DNA from: Saprospiraceae bacterium
GTDB lineage: Bacteria; Bacteroidota; Bacteroidia; Chitinophagales; Saprospiraceae
Direction of reading: 5' to 3'
Assembly (NCBI GenBank): GCA_043769965.1
Contig: JAYVIT010000199.1
Location: 1-37,631, forward strand
Length of the DNA: 37,631 nt
Each line of letters starts with the position of its first letter. The first letter of the stretch is position 1. Shown in pieces: positions 29,528-37,502 of this stretch. The position numbers and the translations under genes were made by a program. The notes under the pieces were generated by a model that had not been told where the DNA came from, made no database searches, and saw only the letters and a list, made by a program, of their open reading frames with translations.

Positions 29528-29683
29528 GGATAGCCAAACTTCGTGGGCGGAAAATATCTTCGAAATCAACTCATATAATCCTTTATCGTAGTTAACCTAA
29601 TCGTGTTAGTTTCTACCTACGAGATATTAATCAGTAAATGATAGTATTCATAAATCCAGCAAAACATTTTGTTGTTTTGCTGG

Positions 29684-29769
29684 AAATCATTATTATTGTA
29701 CTAGCAAATCACAATAAAGATGATTCTGTAGTAATCCTTACGTGCCTCGTCGTTTTACGGGGCTTTTTT
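29684..29769 (+). ncRNA. predicted tracrRNA (5' end not determinable by eye)
   Basis: AGCAAATCACAA (29703-29714) is identical to the + strand 3' end of the CRISPR repeat, so it is complementary to a crRNA reading GUUGUGAUUUGCU. It is followed by the nexus-like AAUAAAG, as in the C. jejuni tracrRNA (N. meningitidis has AAUAAGG). A terminator follows: GCCUCG-loop-CGGGGC (29744-29763) plus U6 (29764-29769). Confidence 0.6.
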
Positions 29770-29779
29770 ATTTATAGCC

Positions 29780-32700
29780 ATGAAAAAAATCCTTGGATTA
29801 GATATTGGTACAAACTCAATTGGCTGGGCTTTCATAGAAAGCAATGCGTATGAAAATCCGGAACAATTAGAAGGTAGAATTTTAAATCTTGGCAGTAGAA
29901 TCATCCCAATGGATGGTGATGCCTTAAACAAATTTGAATCGGGTGTACCGGAGTCGAGAGCTGCAGCTCGAAGACAAGCAAGAGGAGTGAGAAGACTTAA
30001 TCAAAGATACAAATTAAGAAGAACCAGACTTTTACAAGCTTTAAAAATTTTAGGCTGGATATCCAATGATTTTCCAACAGAGTTTAAAAGACTTTCCAAG
30101 CATGATATCAATCAATTTCTTCCTTATTCAAATGAATTAATAAAAGAAGCAGAAGAGTTCTTTGAAATAAATGAACTTAAAACAACACGAGGTTTGGATT
30201 ATCATATTTCTGAAGATTGGATTATATACTACTTAAAAACAAAAGCTATTAAAAAGCAGGTAAGTTTAACAGAACTTGGAAGAATTTTATACCATTACAA
30301 TCAGAGAAGGGGATTTAAAAGCAGCAGGAAAGATTCGAAGATTGAAGAAGAAATATCCGAAGTAAAATACCCAATTTATGACAAATGGGTGGAAATTGTA
30401 AAAATTAATGACATTATAGAAAATGGCAAGGGGGACGGAAAAGATAAAGAGTTTACATTCTATAAACTTATTTGTCAAACACCAACTTTACAATTTGAGG
30501 CGATTAAAAAAAGAAAAAATCCCTTAGACTGGAAAGGGAAAGAAATTGAAATTGAGATAACGAGAAAGACTACTAAATCCGGAGATATTTCATTTACCAT
30601 TTCAGAGGTCGATCCGGCAGCGTGGGAAAGTAGAAAAAGAGCTTTAGAAAATGATATCCGGAATGAAGGCTTACCCATTTCTGAATATTATCTCAATAAC
30701 CTAAAAAAGAATCTTAAAAACGGGAATTACCGAATAAAGCAAAGAATTGTCGACCGCAAATTTTATCAGGAAGAATTTAAAGCAATTTGGGCAAAACAAT
30801 CTGAGTACTATCAAACAGAATTCACAAATAATAATATTATATTTGAAATTGCGGATACTTTCTACAAACACAACAAAGAAAAAAATAATGAACTTAAATC
30901 AAAAGATTTATTTCATATTTTCTTTAACGATATTATCTACTATCAAAGAGGATTAAAATCTCAGAAAGGATTATTAGCTAATTGCCAGTACGAAATAAAA
31001 AAATTTAAAGACAAAGATGGTATTGAACATATAGCCAGGGTAAAAGTCGCATCAAAAAGTCATCCACTTTTTCAAGAATTCCGTATTTGGCAAACTATTC
31101 AGAATCTAAAAATTATTCAAAAAGAAGATTCATCATCTGGTAAGTTAAAACTGAACATTGATGTAAGTGATCAATATCTTTTAGTAAAAAATAAAGAGCT
31201 ACTTTTTGAATTATTCGATAACTCAAAAGAAGTGAGTCATGATGCAATCCTAAGGTTATTAGGATTCAAAAAAGAGTTAATTGAAAATAGAGAAAAAACA
31301 TATAATTATAAATTGAATTATCCTAATGATAAAGACTTTCAAGGAAATGAAACTAAAAACTTGTTTCGAAGTATATTTAAGAAACATAACTTTATTGAAG
31401 AAGGTGAAAAATACATTTCAGATCCGGAAAAGCTTCATCTGCTTTGGCATATAATTTATTCATTGCCAGAAGAAGCTGAAATCATTAGTGCCTTAAATAA
31501 TAAAAAATACTTCGATTTTCCCGAATCTGTTATTTCTCACTTTTCAAAAGTTCCTGAGTTTAAAAGTCAATATGGTGCTTATTCAACGAGGGCCTTAAAC
31601 AATCTTTTGCCGTTGATGAGGATAGGTAAATATTGGCAAGCAGATAATCTATCTCCAAAAGAAAAAGGTGAAAAAGGATTCAGTGTGAAACCCACCATAA
31701 ACTTAAAAAGCAGAATTGAATCCATTTCAAACTGGGAGGTAGACCCAAATATTCCAATAAGAGTAAGAGAATTAGCTCAAATTTATAAATTGGAAAATAT
31801 TCAAGATTTTCAAGGGCTACCTACAACCTTAGCCTGTTATATTGCCTATGGAAGACATAGTGAAAAAGTTAATGAAGACAAATATGAAAGCAATGAAGAA
31901 TTGGATGTTAATAAATTAATACCCAATAATTCTTTACGAAATCCTGTAGTTGAAAAAATAATAAGAGAAACTCTCAAACTTGTGAAAGATGTATGGGCTG
32001 ATAAAGATTTAGGGAGACCCGATTACATCCATGTAGAATTGGGCCGAGAAATGAAAAACAACAATGAAGACAGAAAGAAAATTTATGAGAATAATACGAA
32101 CAACCGAATTGAAAAAGATCGTGTAGCAATTCTTTTAAAAGAACTTAAGTATCCGAATTTTAATCCAGACTCTCCTAATGATCTGGATAAATTCAAAATC
32201 TGGAAAGAAAATGGCGGAATTGAAGGTGAAGAAATATTTGATGAATTGTTTAAGAAAAATAAATCTGAATTTATCAAAGATGCAGATATCGAAAAATACA
32301 GGTTATGGGCTGAACAAGGTTATAAATCTCCTTACACGGGTCTGGCAATTCCGCTTAGTGATTTGTATGCAATTCCAAAAAAATATGAAATAGATCACAT
32401 AATCCCTAGAAGTAGATTCTACGATGATTCATTAGGAAATAAAGTAGTTATTGAGGCAGAGGTTAATGCTTTAAAAGGTAATAAATTAGCAATTCAGTTT
32501 ATCGAAGATTTCCAAAATCAGGACATTGAACTAAGCAATGGCAAAAAGATTAGAGTCTTAGCTCTTGAAAATTATAAAATAAACGTAGAAGAAATTTTTA
32601 AAAATAGAAAAAAGAAACGTCACTTAAAACTATACGAGATCCCTCTTGACTTCATTGATCGTCAAATGAATGACACAAAATACATTTCAAGAACAATAGC

Positions 32701-34582
32701 TCAATTATTAAGGCCGGTAGCAATTGGTACCGATACTGATCAGGGAGTTGTTTATACTTCTGGATCCATCACTTCCGATTTAAAAGGAAAATGGGGCTTA
32801 CATAAGTTATGGAAAGATCTCTTAAAGCCTCGTTTTGAAAGATTAGAGAATATTTTAGGAGAAGAATTAATAATTCCTAATGACAAGGATAAGAATGGAG
32901 ATTATCATTTTGCTAAAGACTATAAACGAATAGATCACAGGCATCATGCTTTAGATGCACTTGTCATAGCATGCACAACCAGAAGCCACATCAAATATTT
33001 AAATTCACTTAGCTCCTTAAGCAATGACAAGAAAGACTTTACAAGATATGAAGAATGGAAAAAGTATTTTTATCTATTAAATAAAAAGAAGCAATTAGAA
33101 GGGCTGAAAAATGGAATGCTGGAATTTGCCACTCCATGGGGAACATCTGAATCATTTTATACAGATGTAAAAGAAAAAATGGAATCTATAATCGTATCTC
33201 ATAAACAAACTGCAAAACTGATTAGTAAAGCCAGTAATAAATACTGGAAATGGAAAGAAATTGATGGAGAATGGAAAAAAGTGCTTGACACTCAACAAGC
33301 TCCAAAAGATGAAGACAAATATTGGGTGGCGGTAAGACAGTCTTTATTTGGGCAACCTTTAGGTAAAATTCATCTGGCAGAATATAAAAAAGATGTTGAA
33401 CTAAAAAAAGCTATTAAATACCAAATAGACTTTATTGTAGAACATAGATACCATTGGAATTCAGAACATTTTAGAATTGCATTGTCTTCATTAAGAAAAC
33501 AAGTTGATAAGATAATAGCTCAATTTAATAATGACGAAAAAGCAATTTTAAAATACCTAGAAAAATATCCATTAAAGGATAGTCAAAATAAGAGTATTGA
33601 AAAAATTGATCTATTAAAATTTGCAAAGTATGCCTCTAAACGGGTTAGCATAGATGAATCATTTGGTTTAGATAAAATCAATGCCTTGCCATATTCTGAA
33701 ATTGAAAAAAACTGGCTAACAAACTTACTAAGAAAACATTTGGAGGAATATGATAATCCGAAAGAAGCTTTTAAAGGCGAAGCATTGGAACAATTATTTA
33801 AAAAATCTCCGTTTCCAATAAACAAAGTAACTAGAAAAGAAAGTGGTGATAAAATTGAAATAAATAATAAATTGCTAGATGGTGATAAAGGAGTTAATCA
33901 ATATTTCATCATTGAAATATCGCAGGAGTTAGATAAAAAAACAGGAGAATTAGTTTCGAAAAGAGTTTATTCAACTCCTCCTTTTTTAGAATCCGTTAAA
34001 AGACTTGCTAAATGTTTACCATTATTTGATCCAATTCAAGAAAATAAATATATTGTTCTTTCTCCAGGGGATTTAGTTTATGTTCCTGAAATCAATGAAC
34101 AAATTAATCAAATTGATTGGTCTAATAAAAAGAACATCGCTGAAAAAACATATATTCTTAAAAGTTTTAGTAAAACACAATGTTTTTTTATTCCTTCATC
34201 CATTTCTAGCCCAATAATAGATACTATAGAACTAGGTGCAAATAATAAATCTGAAAGATCATTTGATGGTCAAATGATTAAAAATGTTTGTTTAAAAATT
34301 AAAATTGATCGCTTAGGCAATATAACTCATTATGAAGATGGCAAAAATAATCTTAATTATTCGAATGATTCTAGTATCAGTATTGCCAATGAGCCTCTTT
34401 CACCATACACTTCTATAAAAACAATTATTGTGTCTAATTCTTTTGAAGAAGCTGAAAATTCTCAAGTGGACTATTGGGCAAACCTTAGTCCGGAACAGCG
34501 GTTTAAGGATTTTTATGCTCTGATGCTACGCTTTTTTACATTTAACAAACCGGATTGGTCTAAATATAAAATCACCTTATAA
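29780..34582 (+). CDS. cas9: type II-C Cas9 endonuclease, 1600 aa, with ~85-aa non-canonical C-terminal extension
   Basis: RuvC-I GLDIGTNSIGWA (D8). Arg-rich bridge helix RAAARRQARGVRRLNQRYKLRR. RuvC-II YIHVELGRE (E753). HNH YEIDHIIPRS...N..V...N..KGN (D872/H873). RuvC-III HHALDALV (H1055-D1059). Confidence 0.95.
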   Translation: MKKILGLDIGTNSIGWAFIESNAYENPEQLEGRILNLGSRIIPMDGDALNKFESGVPESRAAARRQARGVRRLNQRYKLRRTRLLQALKILGWISNDFPTEFKRLSKHDINQFLPYSNELIKEAEEFFEINELKTTRGLDYHISEDWIIYYLKTKAIKKQVSLTELGRILYHYNQRRGFKSSRKDSKIEEEISEVKYPIYDKWVEIVKINDIIENGKGDGKDKEFTFYKLICQTPTLQFEAIKKRKNPLDWKGKEIEIEITRKTTKSGDISFTISEVDPAAWESRKRALENDIRNEGLPISEYYLNNLKKNLKNGNYRIKQRIVDRKFYQEEFKAIWAKQSEYYQTEFTNNNIIFEIADTFYKHNKEKNNELKSKDLFHIFFNDIIYYQRGLKSQKGLLANCQYEIKKFKDKDGIEHIARVKVASKSHPLFQEFRIWQTIQNLKIIQKEDSSSGKLKLNIDVSDQYLLVKNKELLFELFDNSKEVSHDAILRLLGFKKELIENREKTYNYKLNYPNDKDFQGNETKNLFRSIFKKHNFIEEGEKYISDPEKLHLLWHIIYSLPEEAEIISALNNKKYFDFPESVISHFSKVPEFKSQYGAYSTRALNNLLPLMRIGKYWQADNLSPKEKGEKGFSVKPTINLKSRIESISNWEVDPNIPIRVRELAQIYKLENIQDFQGLPTTLACYIAYGRHSEKVNEDKYESNEELDVNKLIPNNSLRNPVVEKIIRETLKLVKDVWADKDLGRPDYIHVELGREMKNNNEDRKKIYENNTNNRIEKDRVAILLKELKYPNFNPDSPNDLDKFKIWKENGGIEGEEIFDELFKKNKSEFIKDADIEKYRLWAEQGYKSPYTGLAIPLSDLYAIPKKYEIDHIIPRSRFYDDSLGNKVVIEAEVNALKGNKLAIQFIEDFQNQDIELSNGKKIRVLALENYKINVEEIFKNRKKKRHLKLYEIPLDFIDRQMNDTKYISRTIAQLLRPVAIGTDTDQGVVYTSGSITSDLKGKWGLHKLWKDLLKPRFERLENILGEELIIPNDKDKNGDYHFAKDYKRIDHRHHALDALVIACTTRSHIKYLNSLSSLSNDKKDFTRYEEWKKYFYLLNKKKQLEGLKNGMLEFATPWGTSESFYTDVKEKMESIIVSHKQTAKLISKASNKYWKWKEIDGEWKKVLDTQQAPKDEDKYWVAVRQSLFGQPLGKIHLAEYKKDVELKKAIKYQIDFIVEHRYHWNSEHFRIALSSLRKQVDKIIAQFNNDEKAILKYLEKYPLKDSQNKSIEKIDLLKFAKYASKRVSIDESFGLDKINALPYSEIEKNWLTNLLRKHLEEYDNPKEAFKGEALEQLFKKSPFPINKVTRKESGDKIEINNKLLDGDKGVNQYFIIEISQELDKKTGELVSKRVYSTPPFLESVKRLAKCLPLFDPIQENKYIVLSPGDLVYVPEINEQINQIDWSNKKNIAEKTYILKSFSKTQCFFIPSSISSPIIDTIELGANNKSERSFDGQMIKNVCLKIKIDRLGNITHYEDGKNNLNYSNDSSISIANEPLSPYTSIKTIIVSNSFEEAENSQVDYWANLSPEQRFKDFYALMLRFFTFNKPDWSKYKITL

Positions 34583-34584
34583 CT

Positions 34585-35058
34585 ATGAATTTCACACACC
34601 CTGCTCATCAAGAAATGATACTTGCGCTTCTTCAAAATGATGTTGAATTTATTTTAATTGGCGGTTACGCAGTAATTTATCATGGATATGTCAGAACCAC
34701 CGGCGATATGGATGTTTGGCTTAATCCTTCTGATGACAATAAGCAAAAACTATTGAAGGTATTTACTCTTTTAGATTTTGATCCTGAAGGTATAAAAATA
34801 ATTGAAGACATGGATTTTCAGGATGTTGTCGTATTCCACATTGGCATTGAACCGGAACGGATTGATTTTTTAAGTAAGGTGGAGGGCTTAAACTTTGAAG
34901 AAGCCTTTAGACAAAAAGAAATATTGCACATGGAGTCTTATGCAATTCCCTTCCTTCGGCTGGATGATTTAATCGCAAACAAATTATTGGTGAATCGCAA
35001 TAAAGATAAGGCTGATATTGAAAATCTGATAAAAATAAATAAACTTCGGTTTAAGTAA
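34585..35058 (+). CDS. minimal nucleotidyltransferase-fold protein (Pol-beta superfamily), non-cas gene inside the cas operon
   Basis: VEFILIGGYAVIYHGYVRTTGDMDVWL (GG-x-...-D-x-D NTase signature) and C-terminal LDDLIANKLLVNRNKDKADIENL. ATG lies 2 nt after the cas9 stop. Confidence 0.6.
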   Translation: MNFTHPAHQEMILALLQNDVEFILIGGYAVIYHGYVRTTGDMDVWLNPSDDNKQKLLKVFTLLDFDPEGIKIIEDMDFQDVVVFHIGIEPERIDFLSKVEGLNFEEAFRQKEILHMESYAIPFLRLDDLIANKLLVNRNKDKADIENLIKINKLRFK

Positions 35059-35098
35059 GCCTCCATAGTATTTATTGATAGTAACAGGTTATTAGAAA

Positions 35099-36025
35099 AT
35101 GACACCAGAAGTAACAGGATATTGGACTTTTTTTTGCAATCCATCGAAATGGCAAATTGACCGCTTTTTAGAGACCAACCCTGAATACGATAGTTATCAG
35201 ATTAATGAATGGTATAAACACGATGTTAAACTAGGACAACTTGGAATTATCCGTGTTGGTTTGGATAACAGAACAAAAGAACAACTTAGCAGCAGGTCGA
35301 AACTTAAATCAGGAATTTATGCTCTAGTTGAAATTATCGGAGAACCCGAAATAACAAAATCCAAGTCAGACTTTTATTTAATACAAGAAGAGCAAGGACA
35401 AGAAAAACTTCGTGCTCGGATTCGGTATTTAAAAAATCTTCTTAATAATCCTTTACGACTGGAGTACTTAAAAGAAAACCCGATTGTTAATAAAGACCAA
35501 TATTTAATTGGTGGCTTTCAGCGCTCTACAATGCCGTTGCGAAAAGATGCATTTGAAGAAATAATAAATTTTCTCGGAACTGATGAACAAATATTCAAAA
35601 ATATAGAAATTGAAACCGCTGATACTATTGACAAAATAGCATGTCTTGAATTGAAATATCAAAACGCTTCACCTCAAGTTAAGGAAGTGATTAGTAAAAG
35701 AATTGAAAGAGGTAAAATTTCTTCTACAATCAAAGAGCTTTACGATTACAAATGCAAAGTTTGTGAAGTAATTGGGCAAAGCCCGCTTTCATTCAAAAAA
35801 ATAAATGGCGAGTTTTATGTTGAAACACATCATATAATTCCTGTGGCTAATTTGATACAAGGTTCGTTAGGGATTTCAAACCTGATAACCGTTTGTGCAA
35901 ACCATCACAGGCAATTTCACCATGGTGACATAAAGATTCTTGAAAACACACCAGACAAATTAACACTGAAGATTGACGGACAAACTATAAAGGTTGAAAA
36001 GTATAAATTTGCCAGCCTAAAATAA
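35099..36025 (+). CDS. EVE(PUA-like)-HNH fusion nuclease, modification-dependent restriction endonuclease-like
   Basis: N-terminus GYWTFFCNPSKWQIDRF...GQLGIIRVG...SGIYALVEIIGEP resembles EVE domains. C-terminus YKCKVCE...ETHHIIP...NLITVCANHHRQFHHG is an HNH (CxxC...HH...N...CxxHH) nuclease motif. Confidence 0.7.
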   Translation: MTPEVTGYWTFFCNPSKWQIDRFLETNPEYDSYQINEWYKHDVKLGQLGIIRVGLDNRTKEQLSSRSKLKSGIYALVEIIGEPEITKSKSDFYLIQEEQGQEKLRARIRYLKNLLNNPLRLEYLKENPIVNKDQYLIGGFQRSTMPLRKDAFEEIINFLGTDEQIFKNIEIETADTIDKIACLELKYQNASPQVKEVISKRIERGKISSTIKELYDYKCKVCEVIGQSPLSFKKINGEFYVETHHIIPVANLIQGSLGISNLITVCANHHRQFHHGDIKILENTPDKLTLKIDGQTIKVEKYKFASLK

Positions 36026-36149
36026 CAAATGACAATAAAGGAGTTCACCCGAACACTTCAAAACTTTATTTTATTGGCAAATAATTTGCTGTGAATATTT
36101 TAACCTCCTTGGAAACTCAATCTTGGAATATTGATCCTTATCATAAAGC

Positions 36150-37058
36150 ATGATTAAAAAGACCTTATATTTTGGCAATCCGGCTTATCTGTCTGTAAAA
36201 GATGAACAACTGATTGTAAAAGATCCTGAGGCCGTTTCATCAGGAGATAATGTAAAAGCGAGCATTCCAATAGAAGATATCGGCTTGGTAGTACTTGACC
36301 ATCAAAGAGTCACAGTCACTCATACATTATTGGTAAAATTGATAGAAAACAATGCCGCGATTATTACCTGCAATGATGCACATCTACCAATCTCCCTGAC
36401 ATTACCGCTTGCTTACAATGACACCTTTAGTGAAAAAGTAAAATATCAACTGGAAGCCTCAGAACCATTGAAGAAACAGCTTTGGCGACAAACAATCATG
36501 GCTAAACTCAACAATCAATCAAAAGTGTTAAGCCTATTGGGAATCGGAGCCATTGAAATAGAAAAGATGATGATGCGGGTTGGGAGCGGAGATCCAGAAA
36601 ACTATGAAGCCCAGGCAGCCGCTATTTATTGGGATAGAATATTAGATAAATACAATGTAACAAGAGGTCGTTTTGACGGACATCCGAATCATTTTTTTAA
36701 TTACGGCTATGCCATATTAAGATCCATCATTGCCAGAAGCCTGGTAGGAAGCGGATGTCTTCCGGTTTTAGGTATTCATCACACTAACAAATACAATCCT
36801 TATTGTCTGGCTGATGATATTATGGAGCCATATAGACCAATTATAGATCTTATGATTTGTAAGTATCTATCCACTCAATCAGAAATATCTGAAAATCTTA
36901 CCAAACAGGACAAAGCACATTTGCTTACCATTCCGGTAATTGATGTAATCATTGCCGGAAAATCCAGCCCTCTCATGGTAGGATCACAAAGGACTACCGC
37001 GAGTCTGGTAAAATGCTATCAAGGCAGTGAAAGAAAACTATTATATCCAATGCTTTAA
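36150..37058 (+). CDS. cas1: CRISPR-associated endonuclease Cas1 (type II)
   Basis: NYGYAILRS, LGIHHTNKYNPYCLADDIMEPYRP and overall type II Cas1 layout. The stop overlaps the cas2 start (TAATG). Confidence 0.9.
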   Translation: MIKKTLYFGNPAYLSVKDEQLIVKDPEAVSSGDNVKASIPIEDIGLVVLDHQRVTVTHTLLVKLIENNAAIITCNDAHLPISLTLPLAYNDTFSEKVKYQLEASEPLKKQLWRQTIMAKLNNQSKVLSLLGIGAIEIEKMMMRVGSGDPENYEAQAAAIYWDRILDKYNVTRGRFDGHPNHFFNYGYAILRSIIARSLVGSGCLPVLGIHHTNKYNPYCLADDIMEPYRPIIDLMICKYLSTQSEISENLTKQDKAHLLTIPVIDVIIAGKSSPLMVGSQRTTASLVKCYQGSERKLLYPML

Positions 37059-37393
37059 TGCTTGACCGGCTAAATAAATATAAAATCATGTGGGTATTCG
37101 TACATTTTGATTTGCCTACCGAGACCAAGAAGGACAAAAAGAATTATACACAGTTCCGTAAGTTCTTGATCAAAGATGGTTTTAATATGATCCAGTATAG
37201 CATCTATGCAAGACATTGCAGCTCGCGTGAAAATGCGGAAGTACATAAGAAGCGGGTCAAAAAATATTTACCACCGTTTGGAAATGTTATTGTTTTTGAA
37301 ATAACAGATGCCCAATTCGGAAGGATGGAATTCTTTAATGGTGTAAAGCCTCAGGATGCTCCCTTAATGCATGTACAACTTGAAATGTTTTAG
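37058..37393 (+). CDS. cas2: CRISPR-associated endoribonuclease Cas2
   Basis: MWVFVHFDLPTETKKDKKNYTQFRKFLIKDGFNMIQYSIYARHC pattern typical of type II Cas2. Confidence 0.85.
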   Translation: MLDRLNKYKIMWVFVHFDLPTETKKDKKNYTQFRKFLIKDGFNMIQYSIYARHCSSRENAEVHKKRVKKYLPPFGNVIVFEITDAQFGRMEFFNGVKPQDAPLMHVQLEMF

Positions 37394-37397
37394 AAAC

Positions 37398-37419
37398 AAA
37401 AAAGGCCGGAAGTCCGGCC
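37398..37419 (-). terminator. hairpin terminator between cas2 and the array, best oriented for minus-strand (array) transcripts
   Basis: ggccgg-aagt-ccggcc (37404-37419) preceded by A6 on the + strand, which reads as a hairpin plus U6 on the - strand. The + strand has only a weak cattta tail. Confidence 0.55.
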
Positions 37420-37428
37420 CATTTATAA

Positions 37429-37444
37429 TGATAGATTTGTAACA
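37429..37444. repeat. inverted partial copy of the CRISPR repeat end
   Basis: tgatagatttgtaaca is the reverse complement of the repeat's + strand start (tgttacaaatcta[a]tca): 13 contiguous nt plus 3 more after a 1-nt gap. It lies 59 nt from the first repeat. Confidence 0.45.
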
Positions 37445-37502
37445 TTTCTGATTCTAAATGCAAGATTAAATCATTGAATTTGAATCTTTTAGATGGGGGT
37501 AT

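Noticed and set aside
29638-29853. 71-aa ORF overlapping the tracrRNA region and the cas9 start
   Set aside because: It overlaps the cas9 start in another frame and covers the hairpin, anti-repeat and terminator. It shows no coding features and is probably a chance ORF in AT-rich sequence.
37429-37502. Alternative + strand tracrRNA next to the array. The segment tgatagatttgtaaca could pair with a + strand crRNA, and aagattaaat...atttgaatctt+TTTT could serve as a terminator.
   Set aside because: It would require + strand crRNAs starting GUUGUUACAAAUC, which is opposite to the usual GTTGTGATTTGC orientation of this repeat family. It lacks a nexus-like AAUAAAG/AAGG element, and its terminator is a weak all-AU stem. 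The candidate upstream of cas9 fits known II-C tracrRNA architecture much better. The segment is kept only as an inverted partial repeat.
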